From: a virus
DNA length: 64,000 nt
Virus record (IMG/VR): IMGVR_UViG_3300021139_002062
Reading direction: 5' to 3' (one strand)
The translations under genes and the position numbers were made by a program. Below are positions 34,822 through 42,956 of this stretch, in pieces; position 1 is the stretch's first letter, and each line of letters starts with the position of its first letter. The notes beneath the pieces are model-generated. The model was not told the origin of the DNA. It saw only the letters and a program-made list of their open reading frames with translations, and did no database searches.

Positions 34822-35613
34822 TTATTTGCACATCCGTCCACCAGATTTTCTACCTGCGGGAGTTGTGCCAGTTGCACCCAATCCGCCCATTTGAGCACCA
34901 CCACCATATTGCTGGGTTGCTTGTGCTTGTTGTGCTGCTAATTCAGCGCGTTGGGAAGGAGACAAAACAGAAGCGGCTTGATCTTTCATTTTTTGGCGAT
35001 TAACCTCAGCAGCGGCGAGTTTTGCGTCCATTGTTGCTCGCACTAAATCATCGGAAACACTACGGCCATCTGCCATTTTTTTAACGCCACCGCCTGTTTT
35101 ATATTTATTCACGCCATCTTTTGCACCAGAGGGGGCATCAGCGGATTTGCTAGATTCTTTACTTTTTAAATAGGAATCTTTGTGACCTGCCGGTTTGCTT
35201 TTTTCTTTTTCTACATCAGAGCCTTTAAAAGAAGGTTTTTCTTTGGCTTTTGAGGGGGCACTTGCTTTACCTGGCTTGATGTCTTTTGTCTTTTTGATGT
35301 TGTCTAAATCACCAGAACTTTTCTTGGCTTCGTAGACATTAGTTACTGAACCACCCGTTTTAAATTTACGAACAGAACCTTCTTTTTTACTAGCACGACC
35401 ACCCTTACGAAGTTTAATCTCCGTAGGCTCTTTATCATGTTCTGCCTCATCGTGTTGTTTAAATGCTTTTTTAATGAGTGCTTTGTCTTGTTTCTCGTCG
35501 GTGACCTCACCGCCCTTTTTGTATGCTTTACCGCCGCTGCAATACGCTTCTTTTTTAGCATGACCGCCTTCTTTAAAGTGCGCCATTTTTGGTAGTTTTG
35601 AAAACCCGTCCAT
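34822..35613 (-). CDS. Lysine-rich disordered protein with six K-x-GG repeats (263 aa)
   Basis: Contains FKEGG, YKKGG, LRKGG, FKTGG, YKTGGG and RKSGG. It is the first gene after promoter-like motif P3. Confidence 0.6.
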   Translation of the reverse strand: MDGFSKLPKMAHFKEGGHAKKEAYCSGGKAYKKGGEVTDEKQDKALIKKAFKQHDEAEHDKEPTEIKLRKGGRASKKEGSVRKFKTGGSVTNVYEAKKSSGDLDNIKKTKDIKPGKASAPSKAKEKPSFKGSDVEKEKSKPAGHKDSYLKSKESSKSADAPSGAKDGVNKYKTGGGVKKMADGRSVSDDLVRATMDAKLAAAEVNRQKMKDQAASVLSPSQRAELAAQQAQATQQYGGGAQMGGLGATGTTPAGRKSGGRMCK

Positions 35614-35655
35614 TTTGTATCCTCGAGGTTAAATTAGTAAAAAGGATGATCAGTC

Positions 35656-35696
35656 CTTATATCTACTAATGCAAAAAACGAGGTGTTTTCGCCCTA
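35656..35696 (-). promoter_or_regulatory. Promoter-like motif P3
   Basis: TAGGGCG-AAAACACCTCGTTTTTT-GCATTAGT-AGATAT-AAG. The TAG is the endolysin stop codon. Confidence 0.6.
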
Positions 35697-36215
35697 AGTC
35701 TTGCTTAAAAACAGTGCTTTTTCTTTTTCTCTGCGGGGTTTTAGCACGGAAGGTTTGACCCAATCCAAAAAGTGTTCTGCTGCTTGTTCATATTTTCCCT
35801 CATTAAGAACTTTTACCAATGAAGAGGTTTTAAAATGACTATCACCGATATTGTAACAGAGGCTCACCAAGGCGTCGTATTGGTTCTGGTTAAGGCTAAC
35901 CTTCACCGAACTGGCAATCGCCTCGTCACACCACCTTAAATCGCTTCTAAACAACTCTTCCACCTGTTCGTCGGTTAGGACTGCGTGGAGTAGGTGCTGT
36001 TCTGCGGGTTTGATGAGGTGACCAACGCCGATGGTCCACAGACCCTTAGAGTCTTGGTATGCCTTGTTGCGTTTACCCTCAAATTGAACAAGAAGGTTAA
36101 AGGTTGATTGTGCGATTGCCACGATTTCTTTCTCCACGGTTTGAACAATGGCTAGTTGTTGTGCATAAAAAATGGCGACAACTATCCCTAACGATACAAT
36201 GAATTTTTTTACCAT
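35694..36215 (-). CDS. SAR endolysin (GH24 T4-type lysozyme)
   Basis: Catalytic E-x8-D-x5-T in FEGKRNKAYQDSKGLWT. The N-terminal signal-anchor reads KKFIVSLGIVVAIFYAQQLAI. Confidence 0.9.
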   Translation of the reverse strand: MVKKFIVSLGIVVAIFYAQQLAIVQTVEKEIVAIAQSTFNLLVQFEGKRNKAYQDSKGLWTIGVGHLIKPAEQHLLHAVLTDEQVEELFRSDLRWCDEAIASSVKVSLNQNQYDALVSLCYNIGDSHFKTSSLVKVLNEGKYEQAAEHFLDWVKPSVLKPRREKEKALFLSKT

Positions 36216-36220
36216 ACCAA

Positions 36221-36697
36221 TTATTTAGAATTTTCGAATGCTTGTAATTCTAACAGTTGTTGGGCTACTTTGAGATATTTGGTGTTATTTTCTGCTGCGA
36301 CACTGAGGACGGTAGCAAGGTCAACTTCGGAGGGGGTTCCATCAGAGCCGCTGGGGCTTGAGGTTTCACCAGTTGCACTGGCGTTGTACACCCGAACAAA
36401 CCCACTACTAACAGTGCAAATAGGGTCATTATTAACACGTACCGCTGTAGGTATTTGTTTTTGTAGGGAGGCGTTGACGGATCCAAGTTGGTTAATTTGT
36501 CGAATATATTTAACAACCAGTTCGTCACCTTTTCGTTGAATTTCATCTTTTTCCTTTATGGCTTGGTTATTGGCATGTTCTATTTTGGTAGTGTAGTAAT
36601 TCGCTGTCCAATGAAAAACCACATAACCAGAAAAAATACTAGAAACCAACGCAACAATAAGGTAGATATAAATACTACTGAGGATGGTCTTCAGCAT
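36221..36697 (-). CDS. i-spanin (Rz-like)
   Basis: N-terminal TM segment, coiled-coil periplasmic domain and a position just upstream of the endolysin. Confidence 0.75.
   Translation of the reverse strand: MLKTILSSIYIYLIVALVSSIFSGYVVFHWTANYYTTKIEHANNQAIKEKDEIQRKGDELVVKYIRQINQLGSVNASLQKQIPTAVRVNNDPICTVSSGFVRVYNASATGETSSPSGSDGTPSEVDLATVLSVAAENNTKYLKVAQQLLELQAFENSK
36265..36429 (-). CDS. o-spanin (Rz1-like lipoprotein) embedded in the i-spanin gene
   Basis: In the +1 frame: MTLFALLVVGLFGC lipobox followed by a Pro-rich mature part. It is fully nested. Confidence 0.7.
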   Translation of the reverse strand: MTLFALLVVGLFGCTTPVQLVKPQAPAALMEPPPKLTLLPSSVSQQKITPNISK

Positions 36698-36932
36698 TTA
36701 TTTGCTCCTTTGGTTCGGTGTCTTTTTTCAGCATTACGGCGGCACCGTGTGCCCCTGAAATAATACCAATGGATTCTGCAAAGTCTCTTAACGACGGTAG
36801 GTGCCCTTGAATCAACTCATAGCCAGCACCCAACAAAATGGCAAAGAAGGACAAAAACCAAGACCAACGCGCAATGTCGTGGGTCTTGTTGTCCGCACCC
36901 GTTAAAAGATCGTTTAGAATCTTATATGCCAT
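36675..36932 (-). CDS. Holin/pinholin candidate (85 aa, 2 TM)
   Basis: TM segments WSWFLSFFAILLGAGY and IGIISGAHGAAVML, with a charged C-terminus. It sits in the lysis cassette. Confidence 0.6.
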   Translation of the reverse strand: MAYKILNDLLTGADNKTHDIARWSWFLSFFAILLGAGYELIQGHLPSLRDFAESIGIISGAHGAAVMLKKDTEPKEQINAEDHPQ

Positions 36933-36933
36933 G

Positions 36934-37164
36934 TTACTTTCGAATATTGTCCAGCTTGTCTTCGATGCGGTGGATAGCCTTTAAGACCTCATCCCAACGA
37001 TCAGCAAAGTCGGTTTTGTGCATGTAGTTTTCAGCAAGGTGGGTTCTTAGGTCATGCAGGTCTACCTTGAGGGTTTGAACCGCCGTCCACAGTTCCTTGC
37101 AAAACCAGCCAATCGCCACACAGATGAGTGGCAGTACGGTGTTAATAAGTGTTTGAAGATCCAT
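36934..37164 (-). CDS. Single-TM protein (76 aa), possible antiholin/lysis regulator
   Basis: TM segment VLPLICVAIGWFC followed by an amphipathic tail. It is adjacent to the holin candidate. Confidence 0.4.
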   Translation of the reverse strand: MDLQTLINTVLPLICVAIGWFCKELWTAVQTLKVDLHDLRTHLAENYMHKTDFADRWDEVLKAIHRIEDKLDNIRK

Positions 37165-37165
37165 G

Positions 37166-37360
37166 TTAGTTTGCCGTCTCTCTCAAAAGACGCGCTTTTG
37201 CCTGGTCAATTGCCATCTGTAAAATGGGGCTGAGGGCCTTTACTTCCTCCACTACGGTCTCTTCAACCGTGTCTACTGCCTGTTCAACCGTGTCTACTAC
37301 ATTCTCTACTGTCTCTTCAACAGTGTCTACTACCGTTTCATTACTTTTTGCTTTTGCCAT
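37166..37360 (-). CDS. Acidic repeat protein (64 aa; VDTVEETV repeats)
   Basis: ORF with four (V)DTVE(E/Q)(T/A)V repeats. Confidence 0.5.
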   Translation of the reverse strand: MAKAKSNETVVDTVEETVENVVDTVEQAVDTVEETVVEEVKALSPILQMAIDQAKARLLRETAN

Positions 37361-37388
37361 TTTGCCGCTCCTTTGTTAAAATTTGTTG

Positions 37389-37979
37389 TTAAAATAGTTC
37401 CCACCAAGAGGTAAAGCTACCCGTTGGCCCATAAGCTGCTGTTGCGGAATAAGTGGCTCCTGGCGGAACTATAATCGTAACAGTTCCAGCACCGGTTCCA
37501 CCTGCAACAACATAATTTTGTGCTATTGCAGAACCATTAATGTAAAAAATTACTCCACCATCAAGTGCTGATTGACATACAGAAACCATAATGGGATAAG
37601 TAAAGTTATTTGTGTAAGTTGTTCCAAATGCTCTTGAGCCACCTACATTCTGCCAAGTTTCGCCGTTTAAGCCTAATCCTTTCACCGTTGGTGCTGGAGT
37701 TCCAGAATAACCACTAAACCCAGAATAACCACTAGCACCAAACCCAGAGTAGCCAGAATATCCACTAATACCGCTGCCAGAATAGCCAGAGTAACCCGAA
37801 TAGCCACTTGCTCCCGCTGTTTGGAATTGGGTCACTACGCCCGAAATGTTTTTATAGAACAGTTTGCCGTCTGGCACATTAATTGCCAGTTCACCTTGTT
37901 GTAAATTACTTGCCGAGGGAACTGCCCCTGGGGTTGTGGTGTTGTATAGTTGTATGATTGTGTAACCAGATTGTGGCAT
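37389..37979 (-). CDS. Short tail fibre protein with (G-Y/F-S)n collagen-like tract
   Basis: Fibre-type N-terminus LQQGELAINVPDGKLFYKN, with a GYS tract at residues 56-93 (nt 37701-37814). Confidence 0.65.
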   Translation of the reverse strand: MPQSGYTIIQLYNTTTPGAVPSASNLQQGELAINVPDGKLFYKNISGVVTQFQTAGASGYSGYSGYSGSGISGYSGYSGFGASGYSGFSGYSGTPAPTVKGLGLNGETWQNVGGSRAFGTTYTNNFTYPIMVSVCQSALDGGVIFYINGSAIAQNYVVAGGTGAGTVTIIVPPGATYSATAAYGPTGSFTSWWELF

Positions 37980-37982
37980 GGT

Positions 37983-38417
37983 TTATTCCTTTAAGTACTT
38001 AATAATTTCAGTGGGTAATACAAATCGCTCGTCGCTGTGTTCGGTGGCTTCCCACCATAAAAACTGATTGGCCACTAAGTAAGACCGGCCTTTTAGTAGG
38101 TTGATGTTCTCTGGATGACCAAAGATTAACGGGTCTGACGGCCCCCACAACACAATCCCCTTCTTCCCCTCGTCCCAGGCTAGGTGCTGGAAAAAACTAT
38201 CCACCCCAATCCAAGTGCGACATGTTTGAATCAGTTGGCGTAGTTCGTCAATGGGTAGGTTTTTCTTAAAATTCTCTACTAACTGCTCTTCACCCGCAAC
38301 CCCTACTTGGACAATTGGCTCGTCAATTAGTTCAATGAGCTCTTTCCAGTACGGGTAGTTCTTTGGGTTGTGTTTACCCGTTCTGAGGGTCTGTGCATAC
38401 GGTGCAATAATAATCAT
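37983..38417 (-). CDS. GT9 (heptosyltransferase)-like half-domain protein (144 aa)
   Basis: The IGVDSFFQHLA...VLWGPSDP pattern matches the C-terminal Rossmann half of GT9 enzymes (recalled). Confidence 0.55.
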   Translation of the reverse strand: MIIIAPYAQTLRTGKHNPKNYPYWKELIELIDEPIVQVGVAGEEQLVENFKKNLPIDELRQLIQTCRTWIGVDSFFQHLAWDEGKKGIVLWGPSDPLIFGHPENINLLKGRSYLVANQFLWWEATEHSDERFVLPTEIIKYLKE

Positions 38418-39385
38418 AGGTACATCTTTTTAAAGGCGTTTTCGAGGCTGTCTTTCCAGTTCCATTGGTTCATCTTTTTGTAGATGTTCCACTGGTCAAT
38501 ATCCCCAAACAACTGGTGTGCCTTTTCAATTGACTCTCCAGGGATAATGTCTGGGTAGCAACTAAACACCATGGGGTTTTTGATTAATGGCAATACTCTC
38601 TTAAATACAATGTGGTCACCACGACCACAGTTTAGTACCACAATGGTCTTATCTCGGTGTGCTAAGACGTTATTAAAAATCCGCTCATCGTGCTCATACA
38701 TCGCTTGGTTGGCTTCCATACGAATGCCCCCTTGCGGGTTCTTCATGTGCCAAGTTATGGCGTTAGGTATTGCTATTACCTCATAGCCTTTTTGGTACAA
38801 ACCGTAAGTAAACAGTGTCTCTTCTCGGTGTGCTACTCGGGACAAACCCAAGTTGTAGTCATGTACACCCGCGCGGTACAAAAAGCTACAGTGTAAATGC
38901 TCCACATAACGGATTTGATCAATTTTGCCCCACTGGATGTTTGGCTCGTCGTTAATGTTACGAATTTTGCCAGATACTTCCGTGGTGTCCGGCATATAGG
39001 GTGGCGTTAGTATGGATCCACCCACAGCACCAACGTGCATATCCGCATAAGCCAATAAATACTCTAGCACATTGGGTTCTGGTACGGCGTCATCGTCTAC
39101 GCGCCAAACCCAATCAAAGCCAGGTTCTAGGTTGGCTTGTTGGTGGATGTGGTGCTGACCTTTTTTGTCCGCAAACCGCCACTCCCAAGGTATATCCTTT
39201 GCGTTCAGTATGTTGAATAGGTGTTGGTACACTAGGCTATTACGCACATCCTCTGGCTCGTCGTTATCATCAAACACAATCAACTTATCGGGTAGGCGTG
39301 TTTGGTTGGCAATGGCACTGAGCACTGAGGGCAGTGTGGTGTAATACCGACCGCGGGTTGCTACGGAACAGAGTACTTTATCCAC
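38414..39385 (-). CDS. Family 2 glycosyltransferase
   Basis: CSVATRGR...LIVFDDNDEP...WRVDDD (DxD). Confidence 0.7.
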   Translation of the reverse strand: MDKVLCSVATRGRYYTTLPSVLSAIANQTRLPDKLIVFDDNDEPEDVRNSLVYQHLFNILNAKDIPWEWRFADKKGQHHIHQQANLEPGFDWVWRVDDDAVPEPNVLEYLLAYADMHVGAVGGSILTPPYMPDTTEVSGKIRNINDEPNIQWGKIDQIRYVEHLHCSFLYRAGVHDYNLGLSRVAHREETLFTYGLYQKGYEVIAIPNAITWHMKNPQGGIRMEANQAMYEHDERIFNNVLAHRDKTIVVLNCGRGDHIVFKRVLPLIKNPMVFSCYPDIIPGESIEKAHQLFGDIDQWNIYKKMNQWNWKDSLENAFKKMYL

Positions 39386-40604
39386 GGTCCCACCTACAAA
39401 TCATGAGGTTGCTTGGGTTAGTAGGTGTGACTTCTTGCATCACATCTGATATATCGCCGTTGTGGTTGATGTATGCAAACTGGAAGCCTGGAAAATCCTT
39501 TTCAGTCAAACCGTGCAACTTGTGGTGCTCGCCCCAAAAACCTTTTGGCTCGTTGTGTGGCACGGTGATTAAAAGGCGTTTGCAGTGGTTTTTAAGCCTC
39601 TCCACGACCTTTAAACCGTTGTCAAGGTGCTCTATTACTTCGAAGGCTATAATCGTGTCATGAATGTCCAAATCAACTTTATTAATATCAAAACTAACAA
39701 ATAAATTATTTTGACCGTTCCATTTTTGTTCTATGGCTGTTTGGATAATATTTGAATCATAATCCACACCAAAATAATTAATATTGTCTGGGAAAAACTG
39801 TCTACCGTATCCTGTTGAGCAACCAATCTCTAAAACATCGTCACCTAAGAGGTTCTTAGCAGCCCACTCGTAGCGTTGTCTTTCTCTAGGAAACACTAGG
39901 TCGCCTTTGAGGAACACCGCACGCTCGTAGTTGTTGGACAGCATGAAGCGGTAGTGGTCCATGTTGTACTTCTTGGCTAACTTCAGTTCGTTTTGGTAGA
40001 AGGTATTCTTCCAATTTTGCACTAGGGTCTCGTCGTGTACCGTGCCCTCTGCTGCGTGGTAGATTGGGAAGTCGCCTCGAAAGCCCACGTCCACCAACCT
40101 AAACCCAGCTAGTTCGGCTCGGTGACAGAAGTCAATATCCTCACAGCCACCGACTCCAAACCGCTCATCCAGATGACCAATCGTGTCAAAGACACGTTTT
40201 TGAATCATCACACAAAAGAACACGCCAAAGTGGCTCTTGGTGATGGGTGAGTACTGTGTCAGTACGGCACTAATATCGGCGCCCGCATCCAATCTGTCTA
40301 GCCAATTGTCGCCAAGGATAATGGTGTCATTATTTAACAAGACAATCTTATCGGCCCTAGCTTCACAAATACCCTCATTGGTTGCTTCGGCAAACCCTAT
40401 TGGAAGGCCGTTCCACACAGAAATTATGTAAGGCATTCTGGTGTGCAATTCTTCTAAGTACTCACTGGTGGTGTCGGTGCACCCATTGGCGGAAATCACT
40501 AACTCCACCTCGTTCATGTTGGTGTGCTTGAGAATGGACTCCACACAGGGTTTGAGGTACTTTTCGCAGTTGTTGTACGTTGGTATTACAATGCTGTATT
40601 TCAT
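39378..40604 (-). CDS. Bifunctional GT2 glycosyltransferase / SAM-dependent methyltransferase
   Basis: N-terminus YSIVIPTYNN...LLNNDT. C-terminus VLEIGCSTGYG...IIAFEVIEHL. Confidence 0.75.
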   Translation of the reverse strand: MKYSIVIPTYNNCEKYLKPCVESILKHTNMNEVELVISANGCTDTTSEYLEELHTRMPYIISVWNGLPIGFAEATNEGICEARADKIVLLNNDTIILGDNWLDRLDAGADISAVLTQYSPITKSHFGVFFCVMIQKRVFDTIGHLDERFGVGGCEDIDFCHRAELAGFRLVDVGFRGDFPIYHAAEGTVHDETLVQNWKNTFYQNELKLAKKYNMDHYRFMLSNNYERAVFLKGDLVFPRERQRYEWAAKNLLGDDVLEIGCSTGYGRQFFPDNINYFGVDYDSNIIQTAIEQKWNGQNNLFVSFDINKVDLDIHDTIIAFEVIEHLDNGLKVVERLKNHCKRLLITVPHNEPKGFWGEHHKLHGLTEKDFPGFQFAYINHNGDISDVMQEVTPTNPSNLMICRWDRG

Positions 40605-40655
40605 AATGCTCCTTAGGTTTGTAAAAACCTATTGTAGCGTAATTTGTCTAAGCCG

Positions 40656-40985
40656 TCAAGCCCAAGTCCTTATCGGGTTACGAGGTTCAACAATAAAAGG
40701 CTTTAAAGGCTCAATGTCCTCATCATCCAACAAACGAATATTCACGCCATAATTAGGTGGTGGATAAGGTATTGGCACATAGTCCTCTGGGGTTGGGATT
40801 GGCGGTCTTTGATAAACCGTTCCAATCACGCTGATATTTTGATAATTAGGAATCATATAAGATTCAGTCTTGACCACATCAGTCGGCTTCCCATCGGCAT
40901 CTAGTTCGTACTCAACAGGCACAATGGTATAAAGGATTGGTAGCGATTGGGCTTCGTCTGTAAAACTAAGGCATAAGTCTTGCAT
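40656..40985 (-). CDS. Hypothetical Pro-rich protein (109 aa)
   Basis: ORF 1 nt downstream of the fibre gene. Confidence 0.5.
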   Translation of the reverse strand: MQDLCLSFTDEAQSLPILYTIVPVEYELDADGKPTDVVKTESYMIPNYQNISVIGTVYQRPPIPTPEDYVPIPYPPPNYGVNIRLLDDEDIEPLKPFIVEPRNPIRTWA

Positions 40986-40986
40986 A

Positions 40987-42840
40987 TTAGCTTCCTGTGA
41001 GTGCTTGGAGTTGAGCAGAGGTTGTAATTGCTTGAGGATAAAACGCTGCTTTTTTTATCCATCCTGTCCAAAATCCATTAGCAGGTAATCCTCTGCCAAT
41101 ATTTAATTGTGAAACTATTGGGATTAATCCTGTTGTAACCGCAGTTCCTACAGTTCCATCTCTTGCTTGTACAAAATATGAATTTGAGTAAACACAAGCA
41201 GTTTTGAATAATGTATTTGCAGTTAAAGTCCCAATACTTGCCGATAAAATAACTGTTGAATTATTAGTATTTACAAAATATTTAGTCCCTTGATATGCAA
41301 GTTCTATAACATTATTGTTGGTGTTATCATTTGCACTTAATACTCCTTTTGCAACTCCGCTTCCATCATTTACTACGCTAGTTGGAGATATTGCTTCTGC
41401 GTAAAAAGTACCTTGTGACTGATTAAACCAACTACTAAAATTCGTGCCTGTCATTGTTGCTACATCCGCAGCCCTTGTTACTTGGCTAGAAGTAGTGGCT
41501 ATGTAAGAGGTAGGAAATGCGAGGGCTTCTAATTGTGCTCCCCAAATGTAAATGCCTGAATAGCCATTTCCGGTGTAGGAAGATGCTCTAACAGATGTCC
41601 CTGTTGTAATTGGACACAAATATACACCTGAAGTTGCCGCAGCAAATGTATTGGTTGTTTGAATACGATACCATCCATTACCAACAGAATTTATTGAAGC
41701 AGAGGTATAAGTTCCGGCAGTTACTGTTCCATTGACTAAATCAAAGTTTGCGTAATTTGTAGTTAATCCACCACCAAACATTAATTGGATAAATTGAATA
41801 CCATTGTATTTTACATAATAAGTAAAAGTGTATGCTTGTGCAGTTGCTACGACTGTCCCAATAATATTGGTAAATGCTGCCGATGCGTTTGGAACTAAGG
41901 TAAATACTGTTTGTGTGCCATCAGGTGCAATATTGGAAGCACTTGTTAAAGTAGCATTTGTTAAAGTCCACGCAGCATTACTAAATGTTTGACTATAAGT
42001 CAGTAAATTAGTCGAACTCTGCTCAATCAATAATCCCAAACTTTCCCCTGTAACAGGATTAAAATCAAATCTAGGAGTATTAATCGGTGCAGTTTGTAAA
42101 GTTGGTATGTAGTTAGTAATTGCTGAGGTAGTTGTGGCGTTGTAGGCGGTTGCTGAGGACCTTTGTTCTAGTTGTGCTCCCCAAATATATGCACCGCTTG
42201 TGCCATCTCCTGCAAATGCAGGATTTAATCCATAAGAACCATTTGAAAAAGATGATGTTGCTGAAAAATTTATACCCAATTCAGCAGTTGTCCCTGTCAA
42301 AGAACCTGCAATAGAAACTCTATACCATCCATTACCGACAGATGTTATTGATGAACCTAAATAAGTTGCACCAGCACCTTGATTTGTTGATGATATAGTT
42401 CCCAATGAAAGGTCTATATTAACTGCCACCCAAACTGTTGAACCACTACCATCTAAAGTAACAGTTACATAATTATATCCATTTGCTTTTAAATAAATAG
42501 AATTTGTATAAGCAATTCCTGATTGAATGGTTATATATGCAGTTCTTGAACAATAATGTTGAACATTAGAAGTTGAAGGAATTAAAGCGTTTGCTGTCGT
42601 TGTGCCATCAGGTGCAGTAAAAGTTCCTGATGCAGTAGTTCCACTTTTTGTCCATGCAGAATTTGTGAAATCTTGTGAATAAGTTAGTAAATTCTGCTCT
42701 GCCAATGTCGCAGTATGTCCATCATAATACACCGCAGTTGTGGAACGAGTGAATGTAACTCGTGGATCGAGGGTTTGACTTTCAGCGAAGTCTAAAAGTA
42801 GCGAGGGACGCGTTGAAGGATAGTTTGCAGATATGCTCAT
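40987..42840 (-). CDS. Tail fibre / receptor-binding protein with internally duplicated lectin-like domain (617 aa)
   Basis: Two copies of NLLTYSQ.F.N.AWT...APDGT...GNGWYR...YIWGAQLE. Confidence 0.6.
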   Translation of the reverse strand: MSISANYPSTRPSLLLDFAESQTLDPRVTFTRSTTAVYYDGHTATLAEQNLLTYSQDFTNSAWTKSGTTASGTFTAPDGTTTANALIPSTSNVQHYCSRTAYITIQSGIAYTNSIYLKANGYNYVTVTLDGSGSTVWVAVNIDLSLGTISSTNQGAGATYLGSSITSVGNGWYRVSIAGSLTGTTAELGINFSATSSFSNGSYGLNPAFAGDGTSGAYIWGAQLEQRSSATAYNATTTSAITNYIPTLQTAPINTPRFDFNPVTGESLGLLIEQSSTNLLTYSQTFSNAAWTLTNATLTSASNIAPDGTQTVFTLVPNASAAFTNIIGTVVATAQAYTFTYYVKYNGIQFIQLMFGGGLTTNYANFDLVNGTVTAGTYTSASINSVGNGWYRIQTTNTFAAATSGVYLCPITTGTSVRASSYTGNGYSGIYIWGAQLEALAFPTSYIATTSSQVTRAADVATMTGTNFSSWFNQSQGTFYAEAISPTSVVNDGSGVAKGVLSANDNTNNNVIELAYQGTKYFVNTNNSTVILSASIGTLTANTLFKTACVYSNSYFVQARDGTVGTAVTTGLIPIVSQLNIGRGLPANGFWTGWIKKAAFYPQAITTSAQLQALTGS

Positions 42841-42956
42841 AGCGACTTCCAGTTATGATAAACGACTGCAATATAAACAATGACTAAAAACACTAAAGCG
42901 AGTGGTATACCAATCAAGGCATTGAAGAATAAAAAAGGTGAGGGTGAGAATATATA

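Noticed and set aside
40614-40631. A 7-bp hairpin (TAGGTTT/AAACCTA) just upstream of the glycosyltransferase RBS, a GGGGG/CCCCC hairpin at 46833-46850, and a 9-bp-stem hairpin at 61209-61240.
   Set aside because: The stems are short and have no T-runs. They could be RNA stability elements, but the evidence is insufficient to call them terminators or regulators.
42841-42956. A possible 26-36-aa hydrophobic peptide between the two fibre genes on the minus strand.
   Set aside because: Only a TTG or weak start is available, there is no clear RBS, and the reading frames are ambiguous. The support is too weak to report as a feature.
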